Assembly: GCA_020137815.1 (NCBI GenBank)
Contig: CM035356.1
Span: forward strand, 4,960,001-5,024,000
DNA length: 64,000 bases
Origin: Hormiphora californensis
Taxonomy: Eukaryota; Animalia; Ctenophora
Direction of reading: 5' to 3'
The notes beneath the pieces are model-generated. The model was not told the origin of the DNA and made no database searches. It saw only the letters and a list, made by a program, of their open reading frames with translations. Every line of letters begins with the position of its first letter. The stretch's first letter is position 1. Position numbers and translations under genes: made by a program. Of the stretch, positions 1-9,865 are shown piece by piece.

Positions 1-126
1 TCCTCACGTCAACTCACCGACACAACACCCACGGACAGAACTAACAATGCCACATCTCGTTCAGGTGTCCAAAATAAAACCCCTCCTAAGGTAACACCGA
101 GAAAAGTACTTCCACCACAGCCTCGA

Positions 127-903
127 TTGACAATCCACTGTGATGATGTAAAGGAGACGCGGACTGCTATCGATAAAGCCTTGGAAACCATACCTATTTC
201 TCAAGCAAGGAACTTTTCTTCCTCGGTAAGAATTTGGTTTCCCAATGAGGAATGTCAACGATTGGCCTCTGAAAACTTGAAGACTGCTGGAGTGCTAGAG
301 AAAAATGTCAGAGTGTCTGCTGAGGTAATGTCGAAAGTAGAACTTAGGTTTGTTCCTGTTGACTTACTTCCAAAAGATGCCACAACTGAGGAATGTAGGA
401 AATTCTGTCTTGAGAAGTTAACTGCAAAGAATGAAGTTCTGAGGACCTGCAAAGACCTCTCAATTGTCTATTTCAAACGCATGCAGGCAGACCCGGATCT
501 AGCCACAGTAGTCTTGAAACTGCCAGTACAATTGAAGGACAAGCTAATGGCTGACGGAAGGGTCTTCTTCCAAATGTCCTCCGTCAGAGTGTCTCATCGC
601 GTACACATCAAGAGATGTCCTCACTGCCAAGCCCTCGGCCACTACCCTGATAAATGCCCGAAGAAATCCCATCCAGCGACATGTATGTATTGTGCAGAGG
701 AACATTCTACTGAAAGCTGTTCACTGAAAGAGGACACTGAGAAACACTGCTGTAAAAACTGTATCAACAATTCAGGACTCTCCTCAGATGTTAAACCTCA
801 CCATGCTGGCTCATCTAAATGCCCAACGTACAAAGAGCACTATGATCGTATGTCAAAAAACTACCGTCAACGCAGCACCTTGCTCTCAAATACGGCAATC
901 TAA
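127..903 (+). CDS. LINE ORF1 (gag-like nucleic-acid-binding protein); true start probably upstream of the window
   Basis: CPHCQALGHYPDKC (CX2CX4HX4C), CMYCAEEHSTESC and CKNC...HHAGSSKC knuckles, directly upstream of the RT ORF. Confidence 0.85.
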   Translation: MTIHCDDVKETRTAIDKALETIPISQARNFSSSVRIWFPNEECQRLASENLKTAGVLEKNVRVSAEVMSKVELRFVPVDLLPKDATTEECRKFCLEKLTAKNEVLRTCKDLSIVYFKRMQADPDLATVVLKLPVQLKDKLMADGRVFFQMSSVRVSHRVHIKRCPHCQALGHYPDKCPKKSHPATCMYCAEEHSTESCSLKEDTEKHCCKNCINNSGLSSDVKPHHAGSSKCPTYKEHYDRMSKNYRQRSTLLSNTAI

Positions 904-3770
904 ACTGCAGATCGATGAACAACAAGCTTGGTGAAATCTACGGGGCGTGCTGCGATCTTGACCTTGACGTACTCGGTTTGACAGAAACCTGGCTAGAAGA
1001 CGGTGATGTAGTCACTCCTGCGCTGATGAAAGAACTGGGATACAATCTCTATAGTTCGGCAAGAGGGGCAAGAGGAGGCGGCGTTGCTATCTTAGCGAGG
1101 AAAGCATTACGTGTAATACCTATCAAGACTAAGAACAAGCCAACAACTTTTGAATGTATCGAAGCTACGATCGAAGGCGGGCATCTTCAGAAAACTAGAT
1201 TGGTTGTGGTATACAGACCTCCATCCTCTTCCAAGAGGGAGTTCTTGGCAGAATTCGAAGAATACATATCGTCACTAAACGGCCTCAGTGGACACCCTGT
1301 TATTTTGGGCGATTTCAATATCCATACTGAGGATGACGATGACCATACTTCGAACTCCTTCCGTGATTTGCTTGTGGATGAGCGATGGACACAGCATGTT
1401 GAGGATCCAACTCACGAAAGTGGCGGTACATTGGACTTGGTAATAAGCAGAGATGATGAAGCTTCCCCTAGGATTAGTGCAGTCGAGGTTGCAAAGTCCT
1501 CTGTTTCTGACCATTATGCTGTCACATTCTACTTACACGTCGGAAAACCAATTCAGCGAGAAAGAAAAGCTGTTCTGTGCAGAAACATGAAAAAGCTCAC
1601 CGTTGAGGTCCTATCTATGAAAATAGATGAGTCACCGCTGATGTCAAGTCCACGTCCCTCTACACTGGAAGGGTGTCTCAACCTGTATAACGTCTCACTT
1701 CGAGAAATACGGGATGAGATAGCTCCACTACAGGAAAAGGTTATTAAAGACTCGGATCACCCACCTTGGTATGATAAACTATGTGAGGAAGCTAAAACCT
1801 CCCGCAGGACACGAGAAAGAGCTCTAAAGACCACCTTGAAAGACTCCACGAAGAAAGAAGAACACAAAGAAGCTAGAACAGCGCTGAATAAAGCTATGAA
1901 AGAAACATCCAGATTTCTCATGAAAACCAGGATAAATTTCTATCGTGGAAAGCTTGACTACGTGGCTGATGATCCAGCTGCTGTCAGTGGGTTAATCAAC
2001 AAACTACTGGGAAAAGACAAGATCCCACAGGAGCTTCCAAACGGGGATTCTTCGAGTGAAACAGCCGAAAACTTTGGTACTTTTTTCAAATCGAAAATCG
2101 AGGATATCTACGAGACGATCAGAGTTGAAAACGAACAATCTGAACCGTTGCCAGAACTTCCACAAACGGACTACACTGGTGCCACATTTTCAGCCTTCCG
2201 AAAAGTAACTGAAGCGGAACTCAGTGCTATCATTCAATCTATGGAGAAAAAGCACTGTGATCTCGATCCAATCCCTACCAGCAAACTTGTAGGTGTTCTC
2301 CCGAAGTTACTACCTCTAATCTCTGACATTGTCAACAAAAGCCTACAAGAAGGTTTAGTTCCTGAGCAGCTGAAGCAATCACTGATTCGACCCTCGTTCA
2401 AGAAGAAAGGAAGCCCGGAAGAACTCAATAACTACAGACCGGTATCCAACTTAGCTTTTATATCCAAGCTAATTGAAAAGTGTGCGTCTATACAGCTTAC
2501 GGAGCACCTTGAGACGAACGAACTGTTTCCAGGAGTTCAATCGGCGTACCGGAAACATCATAGCACCGAGACCACACTGGTGAAAGTAGTGAATGATCTT
2601 CTTCTAATTACAGACACGAAGTCGAAGGCAGTACTTGTATTGCTAGACCTCAGTGCTGCCTTCGATACGATTAACCATGAATTATTACTTGGGAAACTGA
2701 GGAGGAATTATGGCGTTGAAGGTACTGCCCTTGAATGGTTTGCCTCCTACCTCAAAGATAGGAAAGCTTCTGTGAAAATTGAGACCTCTACATCCTCGCC
2801 CTTAGCCATCAACATCGGAGTGCCACAGGGCTCTATACTTGGACCACTGTTGTTCATTTTGTATACAAAGGAGTTAGAAAGTATTGCAAGGCACTATGGA
2901 CTAATGGTCGAACTATACGCCGATGATACTCAACTGTATGTTTCTTTCAGCAACGATTCTCTCCTAGACCTCGAGACGAAACTGCAGGGTTGCTTAAACC
3001 ACATCAAAGCGTGGATGTCCAAGAACTTCCTCAGACTCAACCCCAGCAAAACTGAAATCATCGTGTTAAACAACAAACATGATAAAACAGAAAACCCTGA
3101 AAGCCTTCAAACGATGAGCAACCATGAATCTACAAAGCCACTTACACTAGTAAGGAACCTTGGTGTATTTCTGGACTCAGAGCTCTCCCTATCTGGTCAC
3201 GTATCCAGAACCGTAAGGACGTGTCAACTAGCCCTTATGAATCTATGGAAAATCAACAGAATGTTGGGTGGTAATCTGAAAGTCAAACTCGTTAACAGTT
3301 TAATACACAGCAGACTGGACTACTGTAACAGCCTCCTTGCTGGTTCTTCTGCCAAAGACATAGGTCGATTACAGAAGATTCAAAACTCTGCGGCCCGTTT
3401 CGTCTTTGGACAACGCCTCTACCAAGGCACCACAAACCTTCGCAAACAGCTTCATTTCCTACCCGTTCGAGAAAGAGTGCAGTACAAGTTGTGTCTACTG
3501 ACATACAAAACACTGAATGGTATAGCCCCACCTTACCTATCGAAGATGATAACACTCCGTCAACCGAAGTTAAAAAGTCTACGAAGGGATGCTGACAAAA
3601 CCTTACTTGACAAGAACTATGCCAGATATTGTTCGAGTAAAGGTGCGTTTAGTGTCGCTGCTCCGGAAATATGGAATAGCTTACCTTCTTCTCTTCGGGA
3701 AAGCTCATCCATCACATCATTCAAATCCAACCTGAAAACCCACTTCTTCCGGAAGGCATACGAGTGTTAA
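846..3770 (+). CDS. LINE ORF2: AP endonuclease plus reverse transcriptase, intact; frame opens at 846, first ATG at 915
   Basis: APE motifs LNCRS, LTETWL, VYRPP, GDFNIH, TLDLV, SDHY; RT motifs NYRPVSNL, DLSAAFDTINH, GVPQGSILGPLLF, YADDTQLY; C-terminal LHFLPV...YK and RLDYCNSLL typical of L2/Crack. Confidence 0.95.
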   Translation, partial: SYVKKLPSTQHLALKYGNLNCRSMNNKLGEIYGACCDLDLDVLGLTETWLEDGDVVTPALMKELGYNLYSSARGARGGGVAILARKALRVIPIKTKNKPTTFECIEATIEGGHLQKTRLVVVYRPPSSSKREFLAEFEEYISSLNGLSGHPVILGDFNIHTEDDDDHTSNSFRDLLVDERWTQHVEDPTHESGGTLDLVISRDDEASPRISAVEVAKSSVSDHYAVTFYLHVGKPIQRERKAVLCRNMKKLTVEVLSMKIDESPLMSSPRPSTLEGCLNLYNVSLREIRDEIAPLQEKVIKDSDHPPWYDKLCEEAKTSRRTRERALKTTLKDSTKKEEHKEARTALNKAMKETSRFLMKTRINFYRGKLDYVADDPAAVSGLINKLLGKDKIPQELPNGDSSSETAENFGTFFKSKIEDIYETIRVENEQSEPLPELPQTDYTGATFSAFRKVTEAELSAIIQSMEKKHCDLDPIPTSKLVGVLPKLLPLISDIVNKSLQEGLVPEQLKQSLIRPSFKKKGSPEELNNYRPVSNLAFISKLIEKCASIQLTEHLETNELFPGVQSAYRKHHSTETTLVKVVNDLLLITDTKSKAVLVLLDLSAAFDTINHELLLGKLRRNYGVEGTALEWFASYLKDRKASVKIETSTSSPLAINIGVPQGSILGPLLFILYTKELESIARHYGLMVELYADDTQLYVSFSNDSLLDLETKLQGCLNHIKAWMSKNFLRLNPSKTEIIVLNNKHDKTENPESLQTMSNHESTKPLTLVRNLGVFLDSELSLSGHVSRTVRTCQLALMNLWKINRMLGGNLKVKLVNSLIHSRLDYCNSLLAGSSAKDIGRLQKIQNSAARFVFGQRLYQGTTNLRKQLHFLPVRERVQYKLCLLTYKTLNGIAPPYLSKMITLRQPKLKSLRRDADKTLLDKNYARYCSSKGAFSVAAPEIWNSLPSSLRESSSITSFKSNLKTHFFRKAYEC

Positions 3771-4187
3771 AAAAAAACAATGTGTGAAGACAATGTATAC
3801 TACGAGAATTGTGGTAGAGAGATGAGAGCGAGTTGAGGATCCTGAATTAGAGTGTGAAACCGTGAAGTTAGAACGACCAGTACTCTTTTCACTCACGCTT
3901 TCTAAACTGGTCTTTCTTACTAATTTATATTTAATACTTATTCTTTTTATGTGACGGATCCCCAGAACTCGGTAAAAAAAAGAGCCTGGGTTAAAAAATC
4001 AAAAAAAAAAAAGAAAAAAAAAAGAAAAAGTAAAGCAGAAAAGATCCAACAAATAAAAAAAAGAAAAGAAAAAAAAAAAAAAGAAAAAAAAAAAAAGACA
4101 ACAAAAAAAGGGGTAAAAAAAGGGGGGAAATATAAATTATAAATGGACACCAAAATTGGGGTATGGGGGTGGAAGGGTTGCAGTGAG

Positions 4188-4670
4188 GTGTTGTGCAGTG
4201 GAGCGTGTTGGGCTTTACTTATAGAAGTGCAGCCAGTATGGTGTAGTGCAGTGGAGTGTGTTGGGCTCTACTTATAGAAGTGCAGCCAGTATGGTGTAGT
4301 GCAGTGGAGTGTGTTGGGCTTTACTTATAGAAGTGCAGCCAGTATGGTGTAGTGCAGTGGAGTGTGTTGGGCTCTACTTATAGAAGTACAGCCAGTATAG
4401 TGTGGTGCAGTGGAGTGTGTTGGGCTTTACTTATAGAAGTACAGCCAGTATGGTGTAGTGCAGAGGAGTGTGTTGGGCTTTACTTAAAGAAGTGAAGCCA
4501 GTATGGTGTAGTGTAGTGGAGTGTGTTGGGCTCTACTTATAGAAGTACAGCCAGTATGGTGTAGTGCAGTGGAGTGTGTTGGGCTTTACTTATAGAAGTA
4601 CAGTCGGTATGGCATGGTGTAGTGGAGTGTGTTGGGCTTCACTTATAGAAGTACAGCCAGTGTGGTGAGA
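4188..4670 (+). repeat. 53-bp minisatellite (~9 copies) inside the LINE 3' UTR
   Basis: unit GTGTAGTGCAGTGGAGTGTGTTGGGCTYTACTTATAGAAGTRCAGCCAGTATG recurs at 4241, 4294, 4347 and onward. Confidence 0.9.
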
Positions 4671-5605
4671 TGCAGGCTACAGCGAGTATGACTTCTCTTC
4701 CGCTCCTTGGTTCTCCTACAGGTGAAGTAGTCGGATCCTCAGTCCTCACCCAGGTTGTATAAGACAGTATCGATTGTTTAAGGGCTAAAGCCCTGGTTCT
4801 AAAGTATTTATTTCTGGATCCCTAGATCCAAGAGCATATTTTATCAATCTGCAGTAAGCAGAGACAGTATATTTCATCATCCGATTTAAATGTTGTTTAA
4901 CTAACAAGACCTACCTTCAGAAAAATACCATCTTGCAATAATAATTGGAAATCCTTGGTATAGAACTAACCGCTTTTGAAACGAGAGTTAGTGAGACGAA
5001 GTCCGCACCAAGTGATGCAAGTAGTCAAGACCTAACAGAACTCGTGTTGTTCTTTAAAATATGGACAATGAAAAGCGGACAATAAATGTATATTTGTATT
5101 TGTATTTGTATTTGTATCTCGCGATCACTGCCATCACGCCCTACTTCCAGACCCACACTCCAGCTCCCTTATATCCCACCTATGACCTGCTGACACAATC
5201 CTATATCATTTCTTCCTGCAGTTCCATGGAACTAAATAGTCTGCCTCCCTGTCCTTACCTGGTTCGTTCCTGGGTTTCCCGTGTCCTAGGTGCTGTCTCT
5301 TCTTCCAGACCCTCTCTCCAGCTTCCTTACATCCCACCTAACCTACTGTCTCTACTCTGCACCATTCCTTCCTATATTCCTTCCTACATCCCTTCCTACT
5401 TTCTACACCATTCCTTCCTACATCTACCTGAGACTTAGTAGAGGGACCACCTATGACTGAGTCAATGAGTTAATATTTTCAAGTGTGCATTTTGTGTAAA
5501 TTGTTAACATTTTCTGGCCTCTGAGTTGTTTAGCAGAGTTTGAGTAGCTGAGTTTCCAGACTGGCTGAGTTTTATGCCGAAGAATGAAGAAAGAAGACCA
5601 TACAC

Positions 5606-5745
5606 ACCGTTTTTCTCAATACGTTTTTCTCGATAAAAAACTTGTCAAGGATACCGTTTTTCTCAATACGTTTTTCTCGATAAAAAACTTGTCAAGGATA
5701 CCGTTTTTCTCAATACGTTTTTCTCGATAAAAAACTTGTCAAGGA
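5606..5745 (+). repeat. 47-bp tandem repeat, 3 copies
   Basis: ACCGTTTTTCTCAATACGTTTTTCTCGATAAAAAACTTGTCAAGGAT at 5606, 5653 and 5700. Confidence 0.95.
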
Positions 5746-6297
5746 CTCTTCAGTGAGTGTGTGTTTGAAGGACAGCTAATTTATTATTTATTTATTACCG
5801 AATCTGTGTGTATGTGTTTGTGATTGTCTGTTTGTCTGTGAATGTGTTTGTACGTGTGTTAGTATGTTTTTGTATTAACCGTTTTGTATTGACTGCGGAT
5901 GTTGTGTTTTGCGTCTGTGACTTTGTGTATTCTGTTTAATCTGTTTTTATGTTTGTCTGCTTGTTTTGTTAGTTCGTTACCTTGTTTTCTATAACCCCTT
6001 GTTCCTCGTATTTTGTGCATCTAATGCTACTAGGATGTGTATCACTGTCTCTAAGTATTGTTTAAACCGCTTTAGGAAACCGCTGATGTGAACTGTATAT
6101 TTTCACCTCTCAGCCTTGTATCACTTTATTGGTGTATGGTGTAAGAGCGGGACGAAGTTATATATTAATTGTGTGACTTTGTGATAAATTGTGCGTAAAC
6201 TTAAACTTAAACTTAAACTTTTCATCAACTACAACGTAAAACTATTTATTGAGTATCAGCAAATGTCTATGTAAGAGCCCAGGAGGGCAGCAAGAAA

Positions 6298-7241
6298 ATG
6301 ACAAGCTCCGACGATGAAATGGATATACGGATCTACCTGCGGGAAACAGACGTTGAAGAGGAAGATATTCGATACTGTCAAGAACAAACGGTGGAGTGGG
6401 TAAAAGAGATATTAACCCTAACCGGTGGGTTCGGTGAAGTTGACCCGCGCCTAGTGCAGTACGGACAACATGCAGAGGACGTATGGAATGATCTGAAAGT
6501 TCCCTCCAGGAACAAATTCAATGCTCTGAACAAGCCAGTGCTTTTAGACCTTGTGGAGGAGGCATGCCGTATTCTTATGGAACATACCTTCCCAGTTACA
6601 GAACAGTTGTTAACAGTGGGTTACGAAACCTTGAAGATAAACCAGCTGGAGAAGGAGCTCAAAACACGAAGCGAAGAGCTAATAAAAACCCAGAGAGATC
6701 TGGTAGCTGCACAGGAGGAGCTGCTAAAAATGCAGAGACAGTTACTCGAAAAGAGAGAAACTGAAATCACCGCTGTTCAGACAACGGCACAGCAGGAACT
6801 GAAGAGTTTTGCATCTGTTCTGGAGAAAGAATGTGCCACTGCCCTGGCTCCAAAGAAGATACAGTCGGCTATCGTTGCAGCTTCGGAGGACCGTGGGTGT
6901 AACATCATCATCCATGGCCTGGAAGAGAGTGCTGAGCTTGAAACTCAACTAAAGTCTCTTTTTACTGAGCTTGAAGAGGCTCCGAAAATGAAATCTGTGA
7001 AAGACCTGTGAAAGTTGTGCTGAGGAGCAGAGAAGCTCAAATATCGATCCTGTCAAAGAAATGCCTGTTAAAAGGGACTGATAAGTTCGAAAAAGTTTTT
7101 ATTTCTCCCGATAGAACTGAGGAAGAACGGAAAGAACGGAAGCAGCTGGTAGTTGAGCTGAGGGAGAAAATAAAGCGGTCCCCTGGAACCCACTACATAA
7201 TCCGTGGAAAGAGGGTGGTAGAAGCACCAAGGGACGCTTGA
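6298..7241 (+). pseudogene. CR1/L2-type ORF1 (coiled coil, RRM-like region, CTD), frameshifted near 7000
   Basis: coiled coil, RGCNIIIHGLEES, then in a second frame RPVKVVL...KVFISPDRTEEERKERKQLV...HYIIRGKRVV; break lies at the direct repeat CTGTGAAAG. Confidence 0.75.
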
Positions 7242-7655
7242 ACATTCATACAAACTAGTTCTGAACTCTAATCTAATGATCTAGTAGAGTAAAACCGCTT
7301 TTGAAAGCAGGAAGATATCCGTAAAGTTTTTTCTTTTATTAGTGTTATCTTACCAATGTATGCTATAAAGCGGTATATTAAATGTTAATTGATGATGATG
7401 ATGATGATGTGGTTGCGTGGCTATAGCCGTTTGAAAAAAGTCGGTCTAAGTGTACTCTTTTGGTAGCACGCACCTGTAAACAGGCCGCAAGGCACCCAGA
7501 TTATAATCGCGCCCATTTTTTTTCGTCGTTTTTTAAAAAAAGATAAGAAATTGACTGCTGTCTGCTGTTTTTACCTGTTTTTATCATTGTTTGATTTCCC
7601 TTGGCTTAATATTGAAAACTAATCTCAAAATTTTCCCAAACTTTAGGGCTCCGCC

Positions 7656-9248
7656 ATGGTGTTACATACCTGCACAGTACCCATGAACTTTGGTAGACAC
7701 TACCTGGAGTTGAGGGGACTTAACGATCTACAGCTCATCTGCAGTGGAGGTGAAGTTGTCCGAACCAGTTCATTTCCCCTCGCTATGAACAGCTTGGTGG
7801 TGTCAGAGTTGGTGGGTGAACTTCAAATGAAAGAACTCGACGTGGAAGAGTTTTCCCATTCGTCCGTTCAATGTTTTGTTGAAGCTTGTTACACGGGATC
7901 TGTTATTCTCACCAGGGAAAACTTTCGAGAGGTTAACAAACTTAGTGCAGTGTTCAAAGTTCAGTGGATGATAGACGAGTGTCTAAAATTCTACACCGAC
8001 CTCTGCTCGGAGCTGACAACAGGATCTCTAGAGGCGGCATGGTTCCTATTTCAGGAAGCTGGGTACATCCTCAAGGAGAGGAACAACAAAGACCTTCAGC
8101 TTGTTCTGAGTACCAGTCTGGGTGGATTGTCTGACCTCCGATTGTCGCTGGTGAAAGATTTCACCTCCCGTGATCCCAACAAACAGGAGTTTGTGTACAC
8201 AAATCTGTGTATTTCCCTGGCTGGCAGATCAGTCACGGTTCTGTTTGAATGGCTCATTCCACACGTTGAGAGCAAGCCCCCTCCTGTGGAGCTTAGTGGT
8301 GTTGAGAAACGGTTACTGACGTCCGAAACACTGGCCCTTTGTTTCCAAGAGGATCCTGAATTGTACCAGAAGTTGGTTACAACACTGCAACATTCTCTGT
8401 CAAACGAAGATCTTGGAGCCTTGTTTACGATGTTCTCTTTGGTACAAAAGTCACCACCTGCTCCTTCTAGGAGGTCCAAGGAGAGTCCTCAGAAGTTAGT
8501 TTACCCAATTGAAATACCAGCGCTTGGAGAGTGCACATCATTGCTTGATGCTGTTAAAGTGATTGATGGAGAACCGAGAATTAATTCATGTGTCCAGTTT
8601 GTATCTTCTCTGCTTTACTGCGGTAATATATGTGGTGATTCTAATTCCCCGGAGATAGTTGATGCAATATCAGCAGCACTGGACAGGAGACGTTACAATA
8701 CTACCCATGGGTTACTTGGCGTATCACCAGTAATTTCAAATCCTTTTACTAGACGGTTTCCTGGATTGATGCAAGTTGTGAAAAAATATGTGGAAGGGAA
8801 AGAGGGCATTGGGCATAAACTAGGGTGTGGTTTGATATACAATGGTCGTCTAAAGATTCCATTGCAGCACTCTACACACATGTTCCTCAACCTACATGAT
8901 GGTCCTAGTTACTGTGATGAAAACCCAAAAGGATCCAATAAAAGATGTAAAGTGGCTTTCAAGGCTTCACTGGCTATACAAAATGAACAATCATGGCCAG
9001 CTATTACTCTCGAGTTAGTGACAGATCAAGGTATTTTAGAAGCTGAAACAGACGCTCACTTTCACCAAGACCCTGAATTTTTACAACACATAGTTGTTGT
9101 GGTTTTAAAAATCCCCCTTACATGCCGTACATGCTGCAGTACGAATCTCACCTCCCCTATTGCTTCACTCCCGAAATTTTACGCAATCTGCAAACTGGGT
9201 TTTAATTTGAAGTTTGTTGCCTGGTGGCCTTATCAAAATCTTGTTTAA
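7656..9248 (+). CDS. BTB/POZ-domain protein, tandem paralogue 1 (530 aa, intronless CDS)
   Basis: N-terminal BTB pattern DLQLICSGG...LAMNS...FVEACYTG...LSAVFKVQWMIDEC; novel C-terminal domain. Confidence 0.85.
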   Translation: MVLHTCTVPMNFGRHYLELRGLNDLQLICSGGEVVRTSSFPLAMNSLVVSELVGELQMKELDVEEFSHSSVQCFVEACYTGSVILTRENFREVNKLSAVFKVQWMIDECLKFYTDLCSELTTGSLEAAWFLFQEAGYILKERNNKDLQLVLSTSLGGLSDLRLSLVKDFTSRDPNKQEFVYTNLCISLAGRSVTVLFEWLIPHVESKPPPVELSGVEKRLLTSETLALCFQEDPELYQKLVTTLQHSLSNEDLGALFTMFSLVQKSPPAPSRRSKESPQKLVYPIEIPALGECTSLLDAVKVIDGEPRINSCVQFVSSLLYCGNICGDSNSPEIVDAISAALDRRRYNTTHGLLGVSPVISNPFTRRFPGLMQVVKKYVEGKEGIGHKLGCGLIYNGRLKIPLQHSTHMFLNLHDGPSYCDENPKGSNKRCKVAFKASLAIQNEQSWPAITLELVTDQGILEAETDAHFHQDPEFLQHIVVVVLKIPLTCRTCCSTNLTSPIASLPKFYAICKLGFNLKFVAWWPYQNLV

Positions 9249-9865
9249 CACTAAAATGATTGCATCATACTATTATTAAAGCAAATAGGGAAATCCTGTG
9301 TGACGTTTTTTACCATATATGGCATTTTGCACGTGCAGGTTTAGAGGTGGAGTACGGGTTTACTAGTGTACTGAATTTAAATAAAAACAGAAAACTACGA
9401 TGGGATCGGTAAAAGTTGAGAGAGAAACCAGTTTTTATTGAAAAGACAATGAAAAAAGTCAGCAACTCATATTATATTATGGTTTGATATCCAATCAAGG
9501 TTACATGTGTGGTTTTTTTATGATTCTCTAGTATGTAACTGTTAAATGACGTGTTGCATGTTTCATATGTCTAATATCCCTCATAGAGTAAAAGGGTAAA
9601 GTTACCATGACCAAATACCAATGTCCCAACTAATCCACCTGGCACTCACTCCCTTTCTCTATCGCACACCCTCTTTCTTTCTCTTTCTTTCCCTCTCTCC
9701 CTCTATTTATTTCCCAATCATCTCTCTCCACCCCTCCTACCTGACTGTAACTCGTGAACCTCATCTTGTCCTTATACTCCCTACTGTAACAACTTATTGT
9801 TCCCCTCCCTGTATTTCCTTGACACAAATCTAACCTAAACCCTTGTTCCCAAATAGAGAGTCACC

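Larger units (their letters stand above)
1..5117 (+). mobile_element. CR1/L2-group non-LTR retrotransposon (LINE); 5' end lies outside the window
   Basis: ORF1 with zinc knuckles, ORF2 with APE and RT, ~1.3-kb 3' UTR, terminal CCGCTTT...AAAGCGG stem, AATAAA and (TATTTG)n tail at ~5090-5117. Confidence 0.9.
5118..7409 (+). mobile_element. ORF1-only non-autonomous LINE derivative; 5' boundary uncertain
   Basis: CR1/L2-type ORF1 followed within ~170 bp by AACCGCTTTTGAAA...AAAGCGG and a (GAT)n tail; no RT ORF. Confidence 0.6.

Noticed and set aside
3947-4170. Poly-Lys / poly-Phe ORFs and apparent poly(A) tail
   Set aside because: Homopolymer-inflated, low-quality sequence; the LINE's real tail is at ~5090-5117
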